Positions 29,538 to 38,426 of a stretch of 64,000 nt of DNA are shown in pieces. The DNA comes from Bacteroidota bacterium (GTDB taxonomy: Bacteria > Bacteroidota > Bacteroidia > AKYH767-A > OLB10). Location: assembly GCA_046302815.1 (NCBI GenBank), contig JBKCHO010000145.1, forward strand, positions 1,979-65,978, read 5' to 3'. The notes beneath the pieces were generated by a model that searched no databases, had not been told where the DNA came from, and saw nothing but the letters and a program-made list of their open reading frames with translations. Made by a program: the position numbers and the translations under genes. Every line of letters begins with the position of its first letter. Position 1 is the stretch's first letter.

Positions 29538-29598
29538 ATTGTAAATCTAATAAAAAACCATTGGTGTTGCTATCTTGGTGGCCCTAAACCCTAATCTG

Positions 29599-30117
29599 AT
29601 GGCACTACTTTTAACAGTCAATGGGAACACTCCGAAATTTGGCAAGGATTGCTTTCTCGCCCCCAATTCAACAATTACAGGCGAAGTTTATATGGGTAAC
29701 GAATGTTCTGTATGGTTCAACGCTGTTATACGCGGTGATGTGAACTCCATCCATATAGGAGATAGAGTCAACATACAAGATCAAGCTGTTATCCATTGTA
29801 CATACCTAAAAGCCAAAACTGTAATCGGTAATGATGTCTCCATAGGCCATTCCGCCATAGTTCATGGCTGCACGCTTGAAGATCATGTACTCATAGGCAT
29901 GGGAGCCATCATCATGGACCATGCAGTAATCGGCGAAGGAGCCATGATTGCAGCTGGAGCGGTGGTCTTGGAAAACACGGTTGTAGAATCGGGTAGCATT
30001 TGGGCTGGTGTTCCAGCAAAAAAAGTGAAACAGATGACACCAGAACACTTTAAGGAACTTAACGGCCGTATTGCCAGAAACTACCTTATGTACTCGAAGT
30101 GGTATTCAGGTGAATAA
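29599..30117 (+). CDS. Gamma carbonic anhydrase family protein (YrdA-like, hexapeptide repeats)
   Basis: SVWFNAVIRGDVN, NIQD..VIH, IGH.A.VHGC, LIGMGA; ATG 29599. Confidence 0.93.
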   Translation: MALLLTVNGNTPKFGKDCFLAPNSTITGEVYMGNECSVWFNAVIRGDVNSIHIGDRVNIQDQAVIHCTYLKAKTVIGNDVSIGHSAIVHGCTLEDHVLIGMGAIIMDHAVIGEGAMIAAGAVVLENTVVESGSIWAGVPAKKVKQMTPEHFKELNGRIARNYLMYSKWYSGE

Positions 30118-30127
30118 CATTTAAAAA

Positions 30128-30970
30128 CTATCTCCACAAATTTTGTAATTCCAACCTGACTTTCCCCTTAAAGAAAATCTTGGTGCTTTTTTCAAAAGAG
30201 GCTGTCAAATCAGAGACGAAAAATCGATGTGATCCCGCTTTTTTTCTAGTTGAAAGAAGTTTTCGTAGTCTAAGAGTCTCCTTAAGCTGTTTGGCAACAA
30301 TTTCGGCTGAGTCAACAATAAGGATATCTCGATGATAATATTCGCCGATCTCCTTTCTTATCAAAGGATAATGCGTACAAGCCAAAATCAATACATCTAT
30401 CTTTTTCAGCTTAGGCCTTGATAGGTAACTATTGATTATTGTTCGACTTATATTGTTATTGAAAAAACCCTCCTCTATCATTGGTGCGAGCAGTGGAGTA
30501 GCCAGTGATGAAACCTTCAAATTGGGATTTCTAGAGTGGATGCCTTGTGCGTAAGCATTGGAACGGATGGTAGCTCGTGTACCTATGACTCCAACTTCAT
30601 GGATTTTTTTTAATGAGGCTATTTTCTGTACTACGGGGTTAATCACATCCATAACCACAATTTTATTGCCCGCATGTTTCTTAACGGTATCATAAGCTAC
30701 TGAAGATGCCGAATTGCAAGCGATGACCACGGCTTTACAACCACTTAGCAACAAAAAGTCGGTTATTTTTTGAGCATACCCTCTAATGGCCTCAGGAGAT
30801 TTTTCGCCGTATGGCATATGTGCTGTGTCTCCAAAGTACACAATAGACTCAGAAGGCATCAGTGAATGGATCGCATGAGCTACAGTCAAACCTCCGATTC
30901 CTGAGTCGAAAATACCAATGGGAGCATTTCTGCTCTCCTTTACAGAATGATTCGATTGACCTTTGGTCAT
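30128..30970 (-). CDS. murI: Glutamate racemase
   Basis: IFDSGIGGLTV, PYGEKS, IACNSAS, LACTHYP. Confidence 0.97.
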   Translation of the reverse strand: MTKGQSNHSVKESRNAPIGIFDSGIGGLTVAHAIHSLMPSESIVYFGDTAHMPYGEKSPEAIRGYAQKITDFLLLSGCKAVVIACNSASSVAYDTVKKHAGNKIVVMDVINPVVQKIASLKKIHEVGVIGTRATIRSNAYAQGIHSRNPNLKVSSLATPLLAPMIEEGFFNNNISRTIINSYLSRPKLKKIDVLILACTHYPLIRKEIGEYYHRDILIVDSAEIVAKQLKETLRLRKLLSTRKKAGSHRFFVSDLTASFEKSTKIFFKGKVRLELQNLWR

Positions 30971-30986
30971 GTCTCTATCAACTATG

Positions 30987-31034
30987 AAAACCGCCCCGGA
31001 GAAAGGATTTTAAAATGGTCCTTAAACGGGGCGG
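30987..31034 (-). terminator. GC-rich stem-loop after the skp genes, probable terminator/attenuator before murI
   Basis: CCGCCCCG (30991-30998) pairs with CGGGGCGG (31027-31034), with inner AAGGA/TCCTT pairing; followed by TTTT on the minus strand. Confidence 0.6.
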
Positions 31035-31056
31035 CGAAATTGTTTATGTTTTGATA

Positions 31057-31569
31057 TTATTTCAAGCCTAGCTTGGCTTTGACCATCGGCATAATGTCAT
31101 CAGACTCCTGAGCATAAATTACAGAACCACGGCTCATATCGAAAATATATCCATAGCCCTTTTCCTTTGCAATGGACTTGATGGCATCCTCCACTTTTTT
31201 TGAAATAGGGGCCAACAGTTCCTGTTCTTTCTTTTGAACCGATGTCTCTGCATCCTCTTGGAACTGACGGATTCTCTGCTCTAAATCTTCTACTTCCTTG
31301 GCCTTTGTTTGTTTGACTGGCTCCGCCATAGTGGCTTCGTTAGCCTTGAAATCGGCGACTTTTGCCTGGTATTCCGTGTACATGGTTTTTAATTGCGACT
31401 CCAGGCTTGCACTGAATTTCTGCAGTGAGGAATCTGCCGTTTTCATCTCAGGAAGCATTAAAACCAATTGACGGGTATCTATGTGACCGAATTTGGCATG
31501 ACTTTGTGCATTCGAAAAACCTGTTGACAGGAAAACAATGCAGGAAACGATAAGGGTGAATCTTTTCAT
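31057..31569 (-). CDS. skp: OmpH/Skp periplasmic chaperone
   Basis: Signal peptide, KFGHID, MLPE, coiled coil, AKEKGYGYIFD; ATG 31569. Confidence 0.92.
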   Translation of the reverse strand: MKRFTLIVSCIVFLSTGFSNAQSHAKFGHIDTRQLVLMLPEMKTADSSLQKFSASLESQLKTMYTEYQAKVADFKANEATMAEPVKQTKAKEVEDLEQRIRQFQEDAETSVQKKEQELLAPISKKVEDAIKSIAKEKGYGYIFDMSRGSVIYAQESDDIMPMVKAKLGLK

Positions 31570-31613
31570 GGAGTTTAAAATAAATATTGGTTTTAGATAA
31601 ATTGAAATGGCTA

Positions 31614-32249
31614 TCACTTTGGCTTGATGTCGGAGCTACCTCCACCTGAAGGCACTTCACGAGGTGTTGTACCTCCTCCAGTTGTCCCTCCAGATTTTCC
31701 ACCTCCTGAAGAACCTCCATCTCCTTTGTCACCCGATTTATATCCCATTGCATTGAGGATATCATCGCTTTTGTCAAACTTAGGATTGGCGAAAAGCATT
31801 ATCAAGTCACTGGACTTGTCGAATACTGCAGCATAGCTTTGTTCTGCGGCCATTTTTTTTACTGCGTTAAAAATCTTGTCTTGAATAGGCTTAACAAGCT
31901 CCTGCTTCTTCTTAAACAACTCTCCTTCGTACCCAAACTTCTGCTTTTGAAACTCCTTGGCTTCTTTTTCCTTAGCAACTATTTCATTCTCACGCTTGCG
32001 TTTCATTTCATCCGTAAGAAGAATCTGTTCCGCCTGAAAATCCTTATAAAGCTTATCGATGAAAGCATACTTGGTCTCTACATCCTTTTGCCAACTAACA
32101 GACAGTTGATCCAATTGCTGCTGAGCAGATTTGTATTCAGGAATATTATCCAAGATATATTGGGTATCAACATAACACCATTTCTGTGCAAGTGCTTCCA
32201 CCGAGGACAAGATGGTCGATAGCACCAGAATTGCGATTAACTTCTTCAT
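31614..32249 (-). CDS. skp: OmpH/Skp chaperone (Omp17-like) with Gly-rich C-terminal tail
   Basis: YVDTQYILDNIPEY, FGYEGELF, LVKPIQD, FDKS; immediately downstream of bamA. Confidence 0.92.
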   Translation of the reverse strand: MKKLIAILVLSTILSSVEALAQKWCYVDTQYILDNIPEYKSAQQQLDQLSVSWQKDVETKYAFIDKLYKDFQAEQILLTDEMKRKRENEIVAKEKEAKEFQKQKFGYEGELFKKKQELVKPIQDKIFNAVKKMAAEQSYAAVFDKSSDLIMLFANPKFDKSDDILNAMGYKSGDKGDGGSSGGGKSGGTTGGGTTPREVPSGGGSSDIKPK

Positions 32250-32288
32250 AACGAGTGGTTTTAATACTGTTGCAAATGTACGATTTTT

Positions 32289-34778
32289 TCAGAACTGCTG
32301 ACCGATAGTGAAGTGGAACTCCCCTCCATTCCTGCCGGAAAGACCGGGAACATTATCGAAGCCGTAACCCCAATCAAGTCCTAGCAAACCGAACATGGGA
32401 AGGAATATCCTAACACCTGTTCCCGCAGCCCTTTTAATGTCAAAGGGATTGAACTCCCGGAACCTGCCAAACGCATTACCTGCCTCGAGGAAACCCATCA
32501 CATAAATGGTGGCAGATGGGTTCAGGGATAGCGGATAGCGCAGTTCCATTGTGTACTTATCATAAATTGTGCCACCTCCTCTTGGATTAAGGGAATTGTT
32601 AGGATATCCCCTTTGAGCAATAATCTCTCTTCCATCTAAAGAAAAGCCTGAAAGTCCGTCACCACCCAAATAAAACCGTTCAAAAGGAGATTGTCCGATA
32701 CCTTTGTCATAATACCCCAGGAAACCATAACTTGCTTTCACATGAAGAACCAACTTGTTCCAAGCCAAGGGTGTAAACCAAGCAGCATTGAACTTCCATT
32801 TATGATACTCGATAAACTTGTATTTTTCCTGATCGGTCAAAGTTGCGTAGTCTTTGCTGCTGAACAAAGAGTATGGAGGTGTGAGCTGGAGCGTAAGTGA
32901 GAACTGGGATCCGGTGCGTGGATAAATGGGTGCATCAACCGAGTTTCGTGATAGGGTTTCTTGGAAATTGATATTATTTGCATATCCATCGCTAAATAGA
33001 AAAGCTGATGAATACCTTAACAGCTCATAGTATTGATAATTTATTTCATGATAAACGCTGAAATAATCATCGGGGATCCGTAGCCTTTGCCCCAATCCCA
33101 CGGAGACGCCATTGATGGATATAGATTGTCTCGATTCATTGGACTTGGGCAAGCCATTGGATTGAATCGAACGATAGGTAGAAACCGTAAGGGAATTAGG
33201 CTTTTTTCCTCCCAGCCAAGGCTCGGTAAAAGAGGCACTGTAAGATTGATAAAATCTCCCACTGGTTTGCGCACGAAGTGATAGTTTTTGGCCATCTCCG
33301 GAAGGCAGTGGCGTCCAGGCGCCTTTTTTAAAAAAGTTAGCAGCAGAGAAGTTGTTGAAAGATACGCCAAGGGTTCCAACTACTTGGCCTGCACCCCAAC
33401 CACCAGATAACTCGATTTGATCCGAAGGGCGCTCTTCCACCACATACTCAATATCGACTGTCCCCTCCTGAGGATTAGGTTTAGGATTGACGCCAAGCTT
33501 TTCCTGATCGAAATATCCCAATTGGGCAAGTTCCCTTTGGGTTCTGATAATGTCAGCCCTGGAAAACAACTGACCCGGCTGTGTGCGGATCTCACGCATG
33601 ACTACCTTGTCATTTGTTTTTGTGTTTCCTACAACCGTGATTTTATTTACGACAGCTTGTTTCCCCTCGTAAATACGCATTTCATAATCTATTGAATCCC
33701 CTACAACAGCTATTTCAACAGGTGTTACTTGAAAAAACAAATAGCCGTTGTCCATGTATAGTGCTGTGATATCCCTGCCAGCTTGGCTTCCAAAAAGACC
33801 CTCATCAAGTTTCTTTTGGTTGAAGATTTCGCCTTTTTGAATATTTAGAGTCTTTTCTAAATCGGATGCGGCGTATTTGGTGTTACCTAACCAAGTGATA
33901 TTCCTGAAATAGTATTTGGGGCCCTCTTTAACTCGAATGAGTACATTGACAGATTTCTCATTGTAGGCGTAAACTGAATCATAAGTGATTCTTGCATCCC
34001 TAAACCCCAACTTCCTATATTCGGCTTCAACAGCCTCTTTGTCTTTATCGAAATTGCTTTGCACAAACTTCGATGTAGAGAAAATCCTGTACACTTTTTT
34101 CTCCTTAGTTTCCTTCATTTTTCTCTTAAGCTTCTTCACTTCCGCCTGTTCTACACCTTCAAAAGTAATTTGGTTAACCTTGACCCTTTTTTTCTTATCC
34201 ACGATAATGGTTAAGAGCTGGCTGTTGGGGATGTTAGGTTCATCCTTGAGATCAATTTTGACCTCCGTGTTATAAAAACCCTTGTCGATAAAGAAACCGG
34301 CAACTTCATTACGGGTGTTTTGAACCAGATCCTCCGTAACGATTTTTCCCGACACTAACTTAATTTTCTCACGAAGCTTGTCGGCCTCTGACTTTGAAAC
34401 TCCTTCAAAAGAGAAGCGAGACAATCTAGGGCGCTCCTCCAATTGTATTTCAAGAAAAATGTTGTTGCCTACGATTCGTGTAGCTACTATCTTTATATCA
34501 GACAAAAGACCCTGCTTCCAAAGATTTTCAATCGCTTTGGATATTTCAGTGCCAGGTACATTGACTCGATCCCCCACATTCAATCCCGACAAGGCAATCA
34601 GAACCTTTTCATCCAAAAATCGAACACCACTTACCGTGATTCCTGCAATTTCAAACTCTCTGGGAGAGGAGTAATCCACCTTGGATTCTGTACTATCGCC
34701 AATCACTGTCACTTGGGCCAATGTGGACAAAGGCAGTAAGATAAATGCCAGTAAAAGGTATGGAAAGTTCCTCGACAT
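32289..34778 (-). CDS. bamA: Outer membrane protein assembly factor BamA
   Basis: Signal peptide from ATG 34778, multiple POTRA repeats, GNTKTNDKVVMRE, QRGY lid loop, MFGLLGLDWGYGFD, C-terminal IGQQF. Confidence 0.96.
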   Translation of the reverse strand: MSRNFPYLLLAFILLPLSTLAQVTVIGDSTESKVDYSSPREFEIAGITVSGVRFLDEKVLIALSGLNVGDRVNVPGTEISKAIENLWKQGLLSDIKIVATRIVGNNIFLEIQLEERPRLSRFSFEGVSKSEADKLREKIKLVSGKIVTEDLVQNTRNEVAGFFIDKGFYNTEVKIDLKDEPNIPNSQLLTIIVDKKKRVKVNQITFEGVEQAEVKKLKRKMKETKEKKVYRIFSTSKFVQSNFDKDKEAVEAEYRKLGFRDARITYDSVYAYNEKSVNVLIRVKEGPKYYFRNITWLGNTKYAASDLEKTLNIQKGEIFNQKKLDEGLFGSQAGRDITALYMDNGYLFFQVTPVEIAVVGDSIDYEMRIYEGKQAVVNKITVVGNTKTNDKVVMREIRTQPGQLFSRADIIRTQRELAQLGYFDQEKLGVNPKPNPQEGTVDIEYVVEERPSDQIELSGGWGAGQVVGTLGVSFNNFSAANFFKKGAWTPLPSGDGQKLSLRAQTSGRFYQSYSASFTEPWLGGKKPNSLTVSTYRSIQSNGLPKSNESRQSISINGVSVGLGQRLRIPDDYFSVYHEINYQYYELLRYSSAFLFSDGYANNINFQETLSRNSVDAPIYPRTGSQFSLTLQLTPPYSLFSSKDYATLTDQEKYKFIEYHKWKFNAAWFTPLAWNKLVLHVKASYGFLGYYDKGIGQSPFERFYLGGDGLSGFSLDGREIIAQRGYPNNSLNPRGGGTIYDKYTMELRYPLSLNPSATIYVMGFLEAGNAFGRFREFNPFDIKRAAGTGVRIFLPMFGLLGLDWGYGFDNVPGLSGRNGGEFHFTIGQQF

Positions 34779-34788
34779 AGTTAAGTTA

Positions 34789-35532
34789 TCAGTCAGATGT
34801 TTGCTCTTGGACCATTCCGTAGCGACGGTCTCTTTTTTGAAAATCCTCAATGGCCATGTAAAAATCCTCTTTTCTGAAATCGGGCCAAAGTTTTTCAGTG
34901 AAATAAAGCTCCGCATAGGCGATTTGCCATAACATGAAATTACTGATTCGGTGCTCACCACTAGTTCTAATCAGCAATTCGGGATCGGGACAAAACGATG
35001 TACAAAGAGCACTAGCAAAAGTTTGATCATTGATTTGAGACGGGTCCAATTCTCCTTTAACGGCTTTTTCGGCAAGAACTCTGGCGGCACGGGTCAATTC
35101 CCATCTAGAACTATAACTTAATGCAAGCACCAAGGTCATTCGAGTGTTGGCTGCGGTTTTGGAAATGGCCTCCTCCAAATTTTTCCTGCACCCCGAGGGT
35201 AGGCTCTCTAAGTCGCCTATAGCCATTAGTTTAATGTTATTGTCCATCAAAGTTCTGGTTTCCTTGTTGATAGACGAAACCAATAACTCCATGAGTGCAT
35301 CCACCTCCCATCTAGGTCGTTTCCAATTTTCAGTCGAGAATGCATACAATGATAAGTACTTTACTCCAAGATCTGCGGCCGCTTCAACTGTGTCTCTAAC
35401 GGCTTTAACTCCATTTTGATGTCCAAAGGTCCGCAACATTCCCTGATTCTTAGCCCATCGGCCATTGCCGTCCATGATCACACATACATGTGATGGCAAT
35501 TTGGACAAGTCGATACGCTCCTTGGGACTCAT
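34789..35532 (-). CDS. uppS: Undecaprenyl diphosphate synthase (isoprenyl transferase)
   Basis: IMDGNGRWA, YAFSTENWKRP, LIRTSGEHRISNFMLWQ, RRYG. Confidence 0.97.
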   Translation of the reverse strand: MSPKERIDLSKLPSHVCVIMDGNGRWAKNQGMLRTFGHQNGVKAVRDTVEAAADLGVKYLSLYAFSTENWKRPRWEVDALMELLVSSINKETRTLMDNNIKLMAIGDLESLPSGCRKNLEEAISKTAANTRMTLVLALSYSSRWELTRAARVLAEKAVKGELDPSQINDQTFASALCTSFCPDPELLIRTSGEHRISNFMLWQIAYAELYFTEKLWPDFRKEDFYMAIEDFQKRDRRYGMVQEQTSD

Positions 35533-35574
35533 GTTTGAAAGGGACACAAATTTAGCAAATAAAAGGGGGTGTCG

Positions 35575-36435
35575 TCATCGTAGCTTTGCCCTGAATGGCT
35601 TGCAACTATCGGAATATTTTTTGGATAAGGTATAGTTGAGGGTGACTCCGGTGAACATATACCAATCATTATCGGATGCGTTTCCTCTTTGCCGATTTTC
35701 ATTTAACTCGGGCTGATTGTTCAAACTCCTGTCGGCCAATATGGCTGACACGGTGCCGTTAGATGCACTCAGCAGCAAAGGGTCGGCATAGGTGGTGCTA
35801 ACATCAACAAAATAGTCGGTATATAACCGACGCACCCCTGATTCGATACTAATTCCAAATCTGTCAGACAACTTAAGCCTGACGCCCCCTCCAAAAGGGA
35901 TTGCAACTTGAAGACGATTATATTTTTTCCTATCGGGGTAGGCTGAAAGACCCTGTCCTTCCGTACCCAATGGCTGCAAATCATACCACTCGCCATCGAG
36001 CTGAGCCTGTGGGTTGAAAGAAAACAAGTTGATTCCTGCGAAAATGAAAGGAGTGAAAAACGACTCTGGATTTGCAATTTGATACGGGAAAAAGTTGAAC
36101 TCTAGGATGTAGCTTACATCTACAAGCCTAGATCTAAAAGACAAATTCCTCGATTTGTTGAAATCGTCGTTTGACTTACTATCACTTGCCCCAACGGTAC
36201 CAATGGTTAAAGACAATCTTTGTGCCCAATGGTTGTTTTGGTTTTTTCTAAAGAAAACTCCAACGGCAGGTTTGGATTGACGGAAATCAAACAACGACTT
36301 TTGAATCTCGCCCTTGTAAGTGGCACCTCCTAAAAAAAAACCCGCTTCCATGCTTTGGCTTAATGATTGCAAAGGTGAAAGGGCGAAAAAGAGGATGAAA
36401 AGGAAATTTTCCCGGTATGAAGGTATTATTCTCAT
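35575..36435 (-). CDS. DUF6089 outer membrane beta-barrel, PorG-like
   Basis: G.FLGGATY.GE, RNLSFRS, LQPLGTEGQ, TDY..DVS, QRGN...NDWY, C-terminal Cys; occupies the PorG position upstream of uppS-bamA-skp. Start uncertain. Confidence 0.8.
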   Translation of the reverse strand: MRIIPSYRENFLFILFFALSPLQSLSQSMEAGFFLGGATYKGEIQKSLFDFRQSKPAVGVFFRKNQNNHWAQRLSLTIGTVGASDSKSNDDFNKSRNLSFRSRLVDVSYILEFNFFPYQIANPESFFTPFIFAGINLFSFNPQAQLDGEWYDLQPLGTEGQGLSAYPDRKKYNRLQVAIPFGGGVRLKLSDRFGISIESGVRRLYTDYFVDVSTTYADPLLLSASNGTVSAILADRSLNNQPELNENRQRGNASDNDWYMFTGVTLNYTLSKKYSDSCKPFRAKLR

Positions 36436-36510
36436 TTGACAAGGATTCCTGAAGTTCATTCAGTATGATCATTTGAAACGATGTTTGACGGGGCATATTG
36501 CCCGCTTCTT

Positions 36511-37419
36511 TTAGAACATCGGGAAACCAGAGCGACCAGTTCGTAGTTTGTAGTTAATACTGAAAATTGCAAACATGTATGAATCCTTGTCCCTAGGATC
36601 TCCCCGCTGGGCTCCCTCGGCTGTGATGTAAGGAAACTCGTTATCGGATCTATCGGCCAGTTCAGCAGAAAGCGTGCCACCTGAAGCCAACAATGATCCT
36701 TGGGAATAATATGTTTTACTCACATCATCAATGTAGTCAGTGAATGTCTTTCGGATTCCGAATTGTAAACCAATTCCCCATCTGCGATCAATGCCGTATT
36801 TAAATCCAATACCAACAGGAATGGCTAACTGTATTCTGCTGTAATCCTTCCTTGTGTCAGTAAGACCTTGTCCTTCAGTATTTAGCTCAGCCAGATTAAC
36901 CCATTCCCCTTTGTATTCGCCTTTTGGATTAAAATAAAACACTCCTAAACCAATAAATCCGTAACCGGAAAGCTCAAAACCTCGCGACCCACGAACACCC
37001 TTTAGTTTATACCTAGCACCGACCTGCTCTTTTATAAATGCTATTTCTAAGTTGGAGCTTAACTCAAAAATATCTGACCGAAAATTCAAATTTCGATAAT
37101 TCCTGAAAAACTCTTGTGTTAAGGCGTCATCACCAGAGACTCTGCCATATGTCAAGGTATTGTTAAGAGCAAAAACCTGGCTCAGTTTGTAACGGAAACC
37201 AGCCGAAACAGCCAAGTTGTTCTCACTGAGCTCCAAATCTTTAAGATAGTCGGTTCCAACCTGGTCAGCACCACCTAGCTCACCAAGAAAATTCGAAACT
37301 CCTACCCCAAAGTGAAGCTCTGTACGGTAGGACTTCCAACGCTGCTTGTAACTTTGAGCGTTTGCCAAACATGGCAGAACGAGTATTGCCAAAACAATGA
37401 TTACCTTGAACTTACTCAT
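36511..37419 (-). CDS. DUF6089 outer membrane beta-barrel, second paralogue
   Basis: NFLGELGG, RNLNFRS, LNTEGQ, TFTDYIDDVS, QRGDP..KDSY; ATG 37419. Confidence 0.82.
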   Translation of the reverse strand: MSKFKVIIVLAILVLPCLANAQSYKQRWKSYRTELHFGVGVSNFLGELGGADQVGTDYLKDLELSENNLAVSAGFRYKLSQVFALNNTLTYGRVSGDDALTQEFFRNYRNLNFRSDIFELSSNLEIAFIKEQVGARYKLKGVRGSRGFELSGYGFIGLGVFYFNPKGEYKGEWVNLAELNTEGQGLTDTRKDYSRIQLAIPVGIGFKYGIDRRWGIGLQFGIRKTFTDYIDDVSKTYYSQGSLLASGGTLSAELADRSDNEFPYITAEGAQRGDPRDKDSYMFAIFSINYKLRTGRSGFPMF

Positions 37420-37486
37420 GACTTTTATCAGGGTTGAACAACAAAAATAAACAATTTGTGTACAAAAAAACCGAATGAATTGAAAT

Positions 37487-38389
37487 TCAATTCCTGACAT
37501 CAAGCCCCCACATCAGCTTGTTTCTCAGAGTCCCCAGAAAATTTTCGCTATGAAGGCGAACGATATCAATAGAAAAGTCCTCCTTTCGAGCTGCCAGTTG
37601 AACAGAAGAATCGATAGTTATAGACCTTGAATCTAAGGATGCCAAGAAGAAGGGGTTACGACCCTCGACTTCAAGGGATATAACATACTTGTCGGAGACA
37701 ACGATGGGCCTCACATTCAAATTGTGGGGGGCAATAGGCGTTATGACGAAATTCTCGGATTGGGGAACAATGATGGGACCACCACAACTCAATGAATAAC
37801 CCGTAGATCCGGTCGGAGTCGATATGATCAATCCGTCAGCCCAGTAGCTGTTCAAATACTCACCATTCAAATAGGTATGAATGATGATCATGGATGAACT
37901 ATCCTTTTTATGAATGGTGATTTCATTCAAGGCGTAATTGACTTGACCAAACAACGGTATAGGCGTTTCCAGTCGAATCAATGACCGTTTGTCCAAATCA
38001 TACCTGCCCTGCAACAAATATTCAACGCATGATTCGAGTTGGTCTTTAGATATACTTGCCAAGAACCCTAACCTACCCGTATTAATTCCAACAATAGGAA
38101 TGCCATGGTTTCTAACCAATGTAATCGTATCGAGTAAGGTGCCATCGCCACCTAAACTGAAAAGGAAGTTTGCATTGCCTTGTAATTCGTCATGGGTGGA
38201 GAATGTGTCAATGCCGTTTGATTGGATGCCATTTTGCTTCATGAAGCTGTACAATGGCTGATATAACAAGGGCCTGATCGAATGACACTTAAATACCTCG
38301 ATCAACTTTGACACATATGGAAGAATAGCCTGTGTGCCAGTTCGACCGTACACAGCAAAAGTCAAATTGGAAGAAATTGAATCAGCCAT
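37487..38389 (-). CDS. nadK: NAD kinase
   Basis: SLGGDGTLL, GINTGRLGFL, ALNE, DGLIISTPTGSTGYSLSCGGP; ATG 38389. Confidence 0.97.
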   Translation of the reverse strand: MADSISSNLTFAVYGRTGTQAILPYVSKLIEVFKCHSIRPLLYQPLYSFMKQNGIQSNGIDTFSTHDELQGNANFLFSLGGDGTLLDTITLVRNHGIPIVGINTGRLGFLASISKDQLESCVEYLLQGRYDLDKRSLIRLETPIPLFGQVNYALNEITIHKKDSSSMIIIHTYLNGEYLNSYWADGLIISTPTGSTGYSLSCGGPIIVPQSENFVITPIAPHNLNVRPIVVSDKYVISLEVEGRNPFFLASLDSRSITIDSSVQLAARKEDFSIDIVRLHSENFLGTLRNKLMWGLDVRN

Positions 38390-38394
38390 TGGAA

Positions 38395-38426
38395 CAAATG
38401 TAGTGAAACCCTGTTCAAGGCTCAAA
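38395..38426 (-). promoter_or_regulatory. Consensus Bacteroidota primary-sigma promoter for nadK
   Basis: Minus strand reads TTTG-N20-TACATTTG, ending 5 nt before the nadK ATG. Confidence 0.75.

Noticed and set aside
34779-34961. Apparent N-terminal extension of BamA overlapping uppS
   Set aside because: Open upstream frame inside uppS; the signal peptide starts at 34778.
35800-35822. TDYFVDVS in one DUF6089 copy versus TDYIDDVS in its paralogue
   Set aside because: In-frame substitutions only; cannot separate divergence from base-call error, and no functional claim is supportable.
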